NCBI RefSeq assembly: GCF_963921235.1
Contig: NC_086101.1
Location: 10,046,001 to 10,110,000, forward strand
DNA from: Mobula hypostoma
Lineage: Eukaryota
DNA: 64,000 bases
Direction of reading: 5' to 3'
In this document: piece by piece, positions 1 to 11,389 of the stretch
Layout: each line of letters begins with the position of its first letter
Position numbering within the stretch: position 1 is the first letter of the stretch
Notes under the pieces: model-generated
Database searches by the model: none
Told to the model about the DNA's origin: nothing
The model's input: only the letters and a program-made list of their open reading frames with translations
Position numbers and translations under genes: made by a program

Positions 1-445
1 ATACTCATTACATCGGACCTCATCCCACTTTTTACCTAGGTCATTGGTGGCAAAATGCAACATGTCCTTGAGTTTGAGACTGTTTGGCAGACGATCCAAG
101 ACATCTTCCACCCAAGGTAACACCAGAGGTAACATGCCATCTGGGCATAAAAGTAGAAATATTCACACCCATCCCAACCAAGTTAAATCCATCAATAATT
201 TTAAATTCAACTTTCTGATCATCACTGACAACCTGTCCATATAGCAGTGTCCAACCTCCTTGATCTTCACTGAAGTTTTATCCTCTGAGTTATAGACTCC
301 AATATCCCTTTTCCCGGCTGAGTGTCATGATGACTGAGAGTTGGGAAATGGGAATGTTCAGGGGCTTGAATTTGAATGAAACTCCTGCTGTTAAGATGTG
401 GACAGTTAGTCAGTCAGTTCAGATTTTATGTTTCATTTGTTTCAG

Positions 446-468
446 GAGGACTCTCACCAGAAGAGCAG
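446..468 (+). CDS. TRIM copy 1, 23-nt micro-exon (EDSHQKSR) after the coiled coil
   Basis: tttcag|GAGGACTCTCACCAGAAGAGCAG|gtaaga. Same length and phase as the 23-nt exon of copy 2 (22030-22052). Confidence 0.85.
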
Positions 469-559
469 GTAAGACATGGTCTTCACTGCAGCTTTTCTTT
501 TTTTTGTAAAATGATTTGTGAATTGTTGCTGTTTATAACCAGCAGTTTAATATTTGCAG

Positions 560-675
560 GTTTAGTGATGAGGCCCTGACAGTTTCCGTGGCAGATACTT
601 CCTTGCCGGTAGAAAAAATTGACCAGCCCTTATTGTATACAGTGTGGAGAGGATTGTTTGATGCCATAAAGCAAG
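560..675 (+). CDS. TRIM copy 1, 116-nt linker exon (FSDEALTVSVADTSLPVEKIDQPLLYTVWRGLFDAIKQ)
   Basis: ttgcag|G...CAAG|gtaaat, open frame. Homologous to the copy 2 exon at 21819-21934, and phases join the flanking exons. Confidence 0.88.
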
Positions 676-1431
676 GTAAATTTGACACAAATTTGGTGTC
701 CTTGTGCTCCGTAATTTTAAGCCAGCAATAAATTTCCAGCTTGGATCCCACGTGGTTTCACCTTCTGGGCCAGCTGAACATCTTGTCAAATCTCTCACTG
801 ACGTCAACCAGTTGAATCCATTCTTGGTCGCACACATTCCATCTTTCCATGCGTGAATCATGTCTCCCGTAGTGACCCTCCAAATTTTCAGTCTCCACTC
901 ACAGTATTTCACACTCGACCATTCATCTGTGGCTTCCATGGTCGAAGCAATACCCTTTCAATCTGAATATAGGGCAGGATCAGATCACCTGGCCCCTCAC
1001 CACTGCCTCCAGTTAATGTGATCAGGACTTCTCCACTTAAAGTCTCCAATACCCACGCCATTCCACCACCCCTCCCCCCTTAATCTGTCTCCATCCCCAC
1101 CCTTTCCTTTCCAGCCGGAGCACTTAAAACTCGGCTCTACATCTCTACCCCGCAATCTCCTGATCCTTCTTGTACTGCCACTGCCTGTCCCGTCCACATG
1201 CTGCTGCACGTCTCGACAACCCCAGGAGACTCTGCTCTCCAGCTAGGAGAAGACCCTGAGCAGAGGATTGTTATCCCTCTGATATGCTTGATTGAAACCC
1301 GAGAAAGTTATTTTATTGGTTGACCATTCGATTGTGTCTGAGGTCGAACGGTATCTCACCCGGTGTCGGGGTCACGCAGCCCAAGTTTTCCCTGATACTG
1401 GGGACTCCCTAATTCTCTGTTTCACCCCCAG

Positions 1432-2018
1432 ATTCTGTCACGTTGGATGTCGAAACAGCGAGCCCATGGCTTGATGTGTCTGAAGATCGAAAGAGTGTGA
1501 GATGCACCGACACTTGGAGGGATCTCCCTGACACTGGGAAGAGGTTTAGAGACTGGGAATGTGTTCTGGGATCGGAGGGTTTCACGTCGGGGAGACATTA
1601 CTGGGAGGTGCAGATGACGGGCAGTCGGGTCTGGAGGCTGGGAGTCGCCGCAGAGTCTGTGGAGAGGAAGAAGTGGGTAGCTTTAATACCAGAGACTGGA
1701 GTATGGACCATCGAGCGAAACGAAAACCACCTTTACGTGAACTCCTGCCCTGAATCCCGTCTCCCTACCCGTCCCATTCCCCGGAGGGTGGGAATTTATC
1801 TCAGTTACGAGTTTGGGACAGTTTCATTTTACGATGCCGGCACCAAGTCTCATCTTTACACCATCACTGGGAACAAATTCACGGGAAAACTTTATCCGTT
1901 CTTCACAACTTGGGACAAAAAGTGGCTGAGAATCTGCTCTGGATCTGTGAAAGAGGGTCGGGTCCCGGGACCGGCATTGCAGTGGGGGTTAGAGGCTGTG
2001 ACGCAGATATCCTGTTGA
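1432..2018 (+). CDS. TRIM copy 1 terminal exon, intact PRY-SPRY (B30.2) domain; upstream RING/B-box exons lie left of the window
   Basis: Acceptor ttcacccccag| at 1430-1431. Translation has SVTLDVETASPWLDVSEDRKSV, CVLGSEGFTSGRHYWEV, RVGIYLSYEFGTVSFYD and KLYPFF. Confidence 0.93.
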
Positions 2019-2019
2019 C

Positions 2020-3212
2020 CAGTGGTCCCCAACCACCGGGCCGCAAAGCATACGCTACCGGGCCGTGAGGGAACGATATGATTTGGCCATAGGAGTCAGC
2101 TGTACCTTTCCTCATTCCTTGTCACGCCCACTGTTGAGCCATTATGCATGCGAGGTCATTGCCCGCGCGTCATCCATGTCAGCGCGGTAAGAAGATCAAC
2201 TCCTCGAGCTTGCAAATGACGGTGGGCTGAAAAGTATTATTGACATAATATCTCTGCCGGCATTCTGGATCTCAAAGTCAAGGCTAAATATCCTGCGATA
2301 GCCACGGAAGCACTGAAAACGTTGCTTCCATTTCCAACATATCTCTGCAATGAATGGAACAAAAACCAAATTGCAGAATAGACTGGACATAAGGAACCCC
2401 CTTCGAGTATCGCTGTCTCCCATCACCCCTCGATAGGACCATCTTGTTGCAGGGAAACAAGCATTCAGCCCAGGGCTCCCACTGATTCAGCGATATTGGT
2501 GTGTTGCAATGATTTTATATGTTCATACGGGGAAAATATGTGCTGTGTGTTTAATATCCAAACGTTACTTAAAATGTTATGATGCTATTGACTTACTTAT
2601 ATAACCATATAACAATTACAGCACGGAAACAGGCCATCTCTGCATTTCTAGTCTGTGCCGAACGCTACTCTCTCCTAGTCCCACCGACCTGCACTCAGCC
2701 CATAACCCTCCATTCCTTTTCTGTCTCTACACCTATCCAATTTTCCTTTAAATAATATCGAACCTGCCTCTACCACTTCTACTGGAAGTTTTCACCACTT
2801 ACTTCAAGCTCCCGTCCCTCCCTGATAATTGACTTATCACTATATTCATGCGAGGAAAATATGCGCTGTGTGTTTAATATTAAATTCGTTAGATAAACCC
2901 TTTTAGAAACGGGATTGAGTGTATTAGGCACTTATCACCAATATTCCGGTCGTGATTAACATCCCTCCCCCCGCAACAGAATCACCGAAAACGGTTTGTA
3001 GAAAACGTCGGCACGTACACGCATACGCAAAGCACGCATGCACACTGGTGCCCACGCAAGGATTCATGGTCATTGTAGGCTCTCTGTGTAAACAACGTAT
3101 TGGCTCTACTCTTGTCCGTTGGCAACCCTACCTCCCCTCGGGTCAGCCGGTCCGCAGGAATATTGTCAATATGAACCCGGTCCGCAGTGCAAAAAAGGTT
3201 GGGGGACCCCTG
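2020..3212 (+). mobile_element. Non-autonomous hAT (Charlie-like) DNA transposon with a C-terminal transposase remnant
   Basis: Termini CAGTGGTCCCCAAC and GTTGGGGGACCCCTG. 8-bp TSD ctgttgac/ctgtagac. Internal decayed peptide EDQLLELANDGGLK...ALKTLLPFPTYLC...NRLDI...QGSH*. Confidence 0.85.
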
Positions 3213-5222
3213 CTGTAGACAATAGGTTGGCGCAAAAGGGTTCCATTCGATCCCCAATTCCGTATTGTAAAACCCCAATGATCCTGAGCATAAATCCGAT
3301 GGAAATGTAAAGGTGGGGATAGTTCAATAAATACGAATTGATATCAGACTGCCGACGTGTTAATTATGCATCAACTGCATCCGTCAACGGAACTGAAATA
3401 CTTTTGTAAAAGTACTGTGATTGAAACAATTACCTTCGCGGGTTCACCAGCGGCCGTGGGCGGCGGGTTCTGAGTCCCTCGGCTTGTCCACTCCGACGAA
3501 TTATAGTGAATCGCACAAGTGTTGATGGTGAAGGCAGGAAAATAAAGATAACGGTGACTCGGGGTGGTTGGGAGATGCGTGGGTGTAAATAAAACGCGGG
3601 GAAACAAATCATAAATTGTCTGAATCGAGATGAATGGAGCATGATTCCCATGTTGAACCTGTATTCAATTGTGGACTAATGTTTTTGAAAAAACAAAGTT
3701 CGGTTCTAAAGAAAATGAATTTGATGTTAAAAAAAAGGAAAATAGCGGAAAAGCACAACAGGTCAGACAGGATTCCTGGAGCTAGAATCTGAGTCGATAG
3801 TCCCTTGTGGAATTGATCCAACGTTTCGATGTCTCGAGTCGGTTTAGACGCCGTCCGTCGAACTTATATAATCAGGCATTACTAGCTTGAGCTCAGAAAA
3901 CTAATAATAAAATTAATCATAATAATCAATATCGACAATCTGAGATGAAGAGTCCTTGGAAGTGAGTCCATAGGTTGTGGGAACAGTTTAGTGATGGGGC
4001 TCCTGGTTCAAGAGCCTGCTGGTTGCGGGGCAATAACTGTTCCTGGTGAAGTAAGTCCGGGAGGTCCCTGTACTTTCTTCCTGGCGGCAGCAGCAGGAAT
4101 AGAGCATGCCATGGGTGGGAGGGCTCTTCGATGATGGGTGCTGGTTTCCTGCGACAGCGCTCCGTGTAGACGTGCTCAATGGCGGGGACGGCTTTACCAG
4201 AGGTGGACCGAGCCGTATCCAGGATTTTTTAAATTGGATTTTCTGTTCATGGGCATTGGTGTTTCCATAGCAGGCCTTGAAGCAACCAGTCTGCACACAC
4301 TCCACCTCAAATCAGTCGATGTTTGTCAAAGGTTTAGATGCCATGACGAATCCTGGTAAACTTGCAAGGAAGTAGAGGAGCTGTCGTGCTTTCTTCATAA
4401 TTTCATTTATGTGCTGAGCACAGGACGGTTCCTCTGCAATGATAATACCGATGGATGACAGTGCAGTCGTGCTGAGCCGAACTCGTCACAGGGCAGAAGT
4501 TTTGTGCGCTGACAATCCAAATCTCCCCAAGTTTTCAGGCACGTAGCAGTGCTGGCCTGCTCACGGACGTGAGACACAAGAGAATGCAAACACTGGAATC
4601 TGGGGTAACACGCAAGATGTTAGAGGAACTGGGCGTGTCAAACAGTGACTGTGTAGGGAAGTCAATAATTAAATCGAGACACGGCCTGACAACCAACCGC
4701 AACCCCTTTCTTGCGATTCTTTATTTCCATGCATTATCGATCCTTCAGTCAACATTACACTACCTGCAAACCCCTGCGCTCTAATGTTCTGTAATATTCA
4801 CTGGCTCCTTACAGCGGCATTCGGAGGCAAAATGCTGCGTGTGTTCTGATCTTTGCATTACATCCATGCCTCCGGATACATTCCAACAGATGTGTGAAAC
4901 GTGACTTTCCTTCAATAGATCCGTGCCGACCCTGCCATATCTCATTATTATTTTCTAAGTGCCCTGTTACCACTTCCTTCATAACACTTCCCATTATTTC
5001 CCCACTCTTGATGCCAGACCAGTTGGTCTGTAGTTTCAAAGAATATCTCTCCTTCCTTTCTGGAGTACTAAGATTAAACTTGTAACCCCGACACCGTGTG
5101 ATCTACTGTTCCCACACAGAAGTACCTAGGGGATTGAGTTAAATTCTGCCGTGTTTGGTACCATAGTTCAGGATTGTTTAGACAAGGGAAAAGAGGAAAG
5201 AAAGGGAGATTTACATTGTTGT

Positions 5223-5323
5223 AACAACACACATCAAAGTTGCTGGTGAACGCAGCAGGCCAGGCAGCATCTCTAGGAAGAGGTGCAGTCGACGTTTCAG
5301 GCCGAGACCCTTCGTCAGGACTA
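5223..5323 (-). mobile_element. Solo Penelope-like terminal repeat fragment
   Basis: Near-identical (reverse complement) to the 3' end of the GIY-YIG element at 39121-39221. Confidence 0.8.
5286..5323 (-). ncRNA. Minimal type I hammerhead ribozyme motif
   Basis: Minus strand TAGTC-CTGACGA-AGGGTCTCGGCCT-GAAAC-GTC-GACTG: stem I AGTC/GACT, intact core, palindromic ACGT stem III, GUC site. Confidence 0.75.
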
Positions 5324-6784
5324 GGTGAGTCGACAGTCTGACTAGCTGTCGAAGCTGTTCTGTCAGCACAGCCGGTCAGTTCTTCTGGCAGCGGCTCTGC
5401 GTTACCACGGAGCCCACTGTTGAGCTGGGGGCAGTATCCTGATGGACGACTTCTCCCGGGAGAAGCTGGGGGGTGGGGTGGGGGAGCAGTTCAGTCCTAG
5501 ACTACGGAGCCTCAAGTATTCTGACCCCATGTTTAATAGCAATAGAACCGAATGTCAGGGCACTGTGACATAACCGAGGTGTATAAAATGATGGGCGGTC
5601 TCGACAGAGTAAATAGGAAGAACCTGTATATCATTTCAGCAGGGTTCTAAACCAGGGGCAGAGATTTGAAGCAATTGTCAGAAGAATTAGATTGGAGAGG
5701 GGAAAATGTTTTAACCAGAGGTGGGTGAGGGATGGGAACTCACTGCCTGAAGGGGCGAGAGAGGCACCAGTCCCGCGTACTTGAAAAGCCGAGACCTGGA
5801 ATGGTACCAGGTACTGCGGGTGGTTACAAATGTACGCACTGTGGAGTCATTTGGAACGTTTGCGAATAAAGGGACGTTTCTGGGGAAAGAAAAAGCAATG
5901 GTGACTGATCCAACTGTTGTACATCTTATGCAATCGATAAATTCACTGCACCGTCCCAAACACAAACGCGGTTCCGGCTAGCACACTGAGATAGTTAACA
6001 CAGCTGCTGTCTTTTAGCTCCGGCGACCTGGATTTGATCCCTCCGCTCGGTTATGCCTGAGCTGCTAGGGTTCAAATCGTGGGATTCAACCTGATTGTAA
6101 ACTGAAGAACCGGAATCCATTAGGAGTTCGCAGCAGCATTAAATCGAGGTGCGCTGGTGGGCATCGATTTAGATATCGATCGAAGAGTCCAATGGCCGGA
6201 CTAACAAGCCACAGACAGAATCTCAAATCTTTTCACAGTGATCATCTCATAAATTTTAAAACGTTGTTCGGATATTTGAGCATCCTTCTAATTTAACTCT
6301 CAAACAATAGATTTAAAGTGTTTACCAAGGCTAGTATTTTATTAAAATAAAAAGTTATTGAATAATTAACAAGACTATTAGTACAATTTACTATCCCGTT
6401 CTACATCCAGTCAGCTTGAAAATCCCCATCGACCTATCAGTTTGCTCACATTCCTGTTCTTTTCCCTCGAAATCCCGAATTGTGTTCCTGACACCGTCGC
6501 TTCTTCCAGGTGGTTGAGGTATCTGACATTAGAATCTGCTAATTCTCTCTGCTCCAGGTTCCCTTTCTTCCCGGCTGTAAACATATCCGCTGTTTCTTTA
6601 TGGTTGTGGAGTCCGGATCTCGCTGCCCGGTAGCACATGGACTGCCGCAGCTGAAGTCTCTCGTTTCCAACTTCTTAAGTGCAGCCGGTGGGCGGTAAAT
6701 GCCGGCCTTACTGCCGATACCAAAATTCCATAAACAATAAATTCCTTCTCCTGTTCCAGCCTCGTGTGTATTTTCTGTTACAGA

Positions 6785-7250
6785 AGAGATTTTGCAGATG
6801 CAGGAAATCCAGAGTTATACGTACAAAATGCTGACCTAACTGAGCAGGTCAGGCAGCATCTGTGGAAACGAATAAACAGTGTACTGCATGGCTGGAAAGG
6901 AAGAGGGAAGACGTCAGAATAAAAAAGTGGGGGGAGGGTAGGGAGGACTAGCTGGTAGGTGATATGTGAAGCTGTGTGGGTGGGAAAGGTAAAGAGCTGG
7001 AGAGGAAGGAATCTGATAGGCGAAGAGAGAAAGAAAAGGAGGGGCACTAGGGGAGGTGATGGGCAGATAGGGAGAAGAGGGAAGAGACCAGGACGGAGAA
7101 GAGGGAAAGGGGGAGACAAAAAAAAATCACTGGAAGGAGAGATCAGTTTTCACGCCATCAGGTTGGAGGCTAGCTAAACGAAATATGAGATGTGGATCCT
7201 CCGCTCTGAGAGTGGCCTCATCGTGGTAAAAGAGGAGGTCACGGACCGAC
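6785..7250 (-). mobile_element. Degenerate Penelope-like 3' fragment
   Basis: Reverse complement of the GIY-YIG C-terminus (ccatcaggttggaggct), a purine-rich tract and a decayed terminal repeat. Confidence 0.6.
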
Positions 7251-8700
7251 AATATTTCTGCTCTTCCTGCAGTGCCCATGTCCAGCGGCAGGTGGGGGCC
7301 CTGCGTCGTGAAACTGCACAGATCGTGTCTGAAAGCGGCACTCAGTGTACAGAATTTCCTCAGCCATCGGCTGGATTGGACGAGTTCTCAATTCACGAGC
7401 GAAAATTAAACTCTTGGACTAACTCAGAGTGTGGAGCAGCATCAGTCGAGACATTGGGATTGTCGAATTTTCGGGTCGAGACTTCCCTCCAGTAATTCGG
7501 ATTCGGCCGTCTCACTCTCTTGAATTAAGAACCTTAAGAACTGCCATAAAAGCTTGTACAACAGCATAATGTCGGACTCAAAACTCAGATGCTCGAAGAA
7601 TTGAGGGGAAAAGGAAAACATTATTTGAAATACGCGGCACATTATGCAGATTACCACCACAATCACCAATTCAGTTGATTCGGTGAGAGGTTATCAATGT
7701 GAACTTGCCGCCAGCTTTCAGAATTTTCTGGGGATAAAATGGGCCCATAATCGAATGGTGTGTTTCACGCAGAAGCCGTTAGATCCTGACTCAAGTTCCT
7801 TGCAATTTAGAAGTACAGAACCTCAGGTTCTGCCGGAACAGAGTCCAAGCGTAAATATCGAATTCAATTTTCCTTTTTGTACTTATCTCTGCCTCCTGAT
7901 CCTGCGGCCCGATTCCCCGCTCTCTTTCCCCTCATCCCCAACTCTCCATCTGCCCATCGCCCACACACTCCTCCCACTGGTATCCACAGCACCCCCCCGC
8001 CCCCCGCTAATCCATGCTGTGCTTTTCTCTTCCATCATCGTCAGTCCTTTGTCATTTCCACCTATCACCTCCCAGTTCTGACATCATTTCTACAATCCCT
8101 CCGCTCCCTCGTCTGCCAATCCTCCCACGTGAATTCGCCTATCACCGTTCAGCTCTTACTCCACCTTTCCCTGCACCTTACTATGCCAGTCACCTCCCCT
8201 CTCAATTTATTTGCAGATGAAGTTCAAGTTATTGTCATCTGACTGTACATGCAGTACATCGAACCAGACGAGGTAGGTCTACCTGTGTTAATCGCGGAAA
8301 GGAAGTATGTGTGTGAGGCCGGTGTTCTGTGCTCGGTGTCAGATGTGGGAGGTCCTGGAGTCTCCCAGCCGCCCGGATGGCCATATCTGCACCCGATATG
8401 TCGAGCTGCAGCTCCTAAGGGACCGCGTTAGGGAACTGGAGATGCAGCTCGATTACCTTCGTCTGGTCAGGGAGAACGAGGAGGTGATAGAAAGGCGTTA
8501 TAGGCAGGGGGTTCACGCCGGGGCCACGGGACACAGACAGACAAATGGGTAACAGTCAGGAGGGAGACGGGGAAGAGTAAAAGTCAGGTACCAGAGAGCA
8601 CCCCTGTGACTGTACCCCTTGACAATAAGTACTCCTGTTTGAGTCCTGTTGGGGGGCAGGGGTGGAGACAGCCTACCTGGCGGAAGCAACAGTGGCCGTG

Positions 8701-8900
8701 CATCTGACACAGAGCCCGGCCCTGTGGCTCAGAAGGGTAGCATCTGACACAGAGCCCGGCCCTGTGGCTCAGAAGGATAGGATCTGACACAGAGTCGGGC
8801 CCTGTGGCTCAGAAGGGTAGGATCTGACACAGAGTCCGGCCCTGTGGCTCAGAAGGGTGGGATCTGACACAGATTCCGGCCCTGTGGCTCAGAAGGGTAG
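8701..8900 (+). repeat. Minisatellite, 5 x 40 bp (satctgacacagagcccggccctgtggctcagaagggtag) inside CR1 ORF1
   Basis: Units start at 8701, 8741, 8781, 8821 and 8861 and differ by a few substitutions. Confidence 0.95.
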
Positions 8901-9733
8901 GGAAAGGAAGAGGATAGCAGTAGTGATGGGAGAGTCTATAGTCAGAGGGTCAGACAGGCGATTCTGTGGACGCCGGAAAGGAATGCCTCCCAGGTGACAG
9001 GGTCCGGGATCGCGTCCACGATATCCTGCAGTGGGATGGAGAACAGCCAGAGGTCGTGGTGCATACAGGTGCCAACCACATAGGTAGGAAAAGAGGAGGT
9101 CCTGAAAACAGTCTACAGGGAGTTAGGTAGGAAACTGAGAAGCAGGACCGCAAAGGTAATAATCTCGGGATTAATGCCTGTACCACGTGACAGTGAATAT
9201 AGGAATAGAATGAGGTGGAGGGTAAATGCGTGGCTGAGGGATTGGAGCAGGGGGCAAGGATTCAGATTTCTGGATCATTGGGACCTCTCTTGGGGCCGGG
9301 TGGGACCTGTACGAAAAGGTTGGGTTGCACTTGAATCGCAGGGGGACCAATATCCCGGGGGGATGATTTGCTAAGGGTACTGGGGAGTTTAAACTAGTAA
9401 CGTTAGGGGATGGGAACCAAACTGTAGAGACTGGGGAAGAGGCAGTTGGCTCACAAATAGAGAAATCTTGTGGACAGTGCGAGAGGGAGAATAGGCAGGT
9501 GACAGAGAAGCGACGCGCTCAGACCAACAGTTTGAGATGTGTCTATTTTAACACAAGGAGTATTGTGAACAAAGCGGATGAGCTTAGAGCGTGGATCAGT
9601 ACTTGGAGCGATGATGTGGTGACCATTACAGAAACTTGGATGGCTCAGGGTCAGGAATGGTTATTTCAGGTGCCGGGTTTTGGATGTTTCGGAAAGGTTT
9701 TGAGACAGGGCGTGGCACTGTTGATCAGAGACA

Positions 9734-10745
9734 GGCTACGTCCGCACTACGCCGGATAATTTTGAAAACGAAGCTTTTTCTCTTCGTTTTGCCCTCCCGT
9801 CCACACTGAGCCGGCGTTTTCGGCCCCCGAAAACGGAGATTTTCGAAAACACTCTCCAGAGTGAATAAATCTGAAAACGCTTAATATCCAGCGTAGTGTG
9901 TACGGGGTAAAAGGAGAGATTTAAAAACGCTGTCATGACAACACCACAACAACAATGTTTTTTCAGCGTCTGCTTGGTACTGCGCAAGCCGTTATATGGC
10001 TGTTATAACGCGCAGTCTGTGTGAACGGCGTGAGAGTTAAATTGTAAAGTGAGCTTTTTTGACTATTTAAAAACGCTGTCATGACGAGCCGGGACAGATG
10101 TTCGTTGTTTTCTTGTACGCCACCACATAACAATTTCAGAACAGACGGCAACGAGACTGAAGCCATAAGGGCTAGAAATGTACTCATCACATACTTTGAC
10201 CCTGAGCTTACTGAATAAATAAGTATACTCACTTTGCCCTGTTTTCTGTCCTTGCTTGTATGAAGGTGGTTTACCTATTTATGCAAGTACTTCTCTGACA
10301 ATAGATGTGTAACAGCCTAAGGTAACGTTGTATGGAAATACAAGATAACACTGATGCAGACATTTAACAAGGTGCTTTATTAATGCAACAGAGTTAGTCA
10401 GTTTTTCAATGTTCGTCGTCAGCCGGGTCGTACTGTCCGTGAACTCCCTGTCGGTTGCCTCCATACAATCCAGTATTTGTTTTTTTTTAGTTTTAAGTCC
10501 TCCTGCGCGAGAGCCAAAAGCAATTCCTTTTAGGTTTTTTTACTCTGTAACTGGACAAACGCGCATTCAGTATACCATTTCCTCTTCGCTTGTTCTGTGT
10601 CCTGCGCATGCCCAGAAGAGCAGATTCGCCCAAATATCCATCTAATGTGGACAGAGATATTTTGAAAAACGCTTAGTGAGGACGCCTATCGTTTTTACTC
10701 GAAACCGGCGTTTTCAAAATTATCCGGCAGAGTGTGGACGTAGCC
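9734..10745 (-). mobile_element. Non-autonomous PIF/Harbinger-like DNA transposon, copy A
   Basis: TIRs GGCTACGTCCGCACTACGCCGGATAATTTTGAAAACG and CGTTTTCAAAATTATCCGGCAGAGTGTGGACGTAGCC. Repeated subterminal GAAAAC motifs. Peptide remnant MEATDREFTDSTTRLTTNIEKLTNSV. Confidence 0.8.
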
Positions 10746-11389
10746 TAGTGTCACGACTGCAGAAAAGATGGACGTCATGGAGGGATTTACGACGGAGTCT
10801 CTTGTGGGTGGAAATTAGGAACAGGAAGGGGTCAATAACTTTTCTGGGGTCAATAACTTTTCTGGGTGTTTTTTTATAGGCTGCCCAATAGTAACGGGGA
10901 TATCGAGGAGCAGATACGGAAATAGATCCTGGAAAGTTGTAATAATAACAGAGTTGTCCTGGTAGGAGATTTTAATTTCCCAAATATCGATTGGCATCTC
11001 CCTAGAGCAAGGGGTTTAGATGGGGTGGAGTTTGTTAGGTGTGTTCGGGAAGGTTTCCTGACACAATATGTAGATAAGCCTACAAGAGGAGAGACTGTAC
11101 TTGATTTGGTATTGGGAAATGAACCTGGTCAGGTGTCAGATCTCTCAGTGGGAGAACATTTTGGAGACAGTGATCACAATTCCATCTCCTTTACAATAGC
11201 ATTGGAGACAAGTTAAAAAAGTGTTTAATTCGAGTAAGCGGAATTATGAGGCTATCAGGCAGGAAATTGGAAGCTTAAATTGGGAACAGATGTTCTCAGG
11301 GAAAAGTACGAAAGAAATGTGGCAAATGTGTGGAGTTCTGCATGGGTAAGTTCCAATGAGACAGGGAAGTTATGGTAGGTACAGAAAAT

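Noticed and set aside
562..939. 125-aa minus-strand ORF beginning MEATD, like the Harbinger peptide
   Set aside because: Similarity stops after five residues; the ORF is antisense to a TRIM exon and intron and has no recognisable domain.
8701..8900. CRISPR-like array of 40-bp repeats
   Set aside because: Units are directly adjacent with no spacers, in a eukaryotic LINE context.
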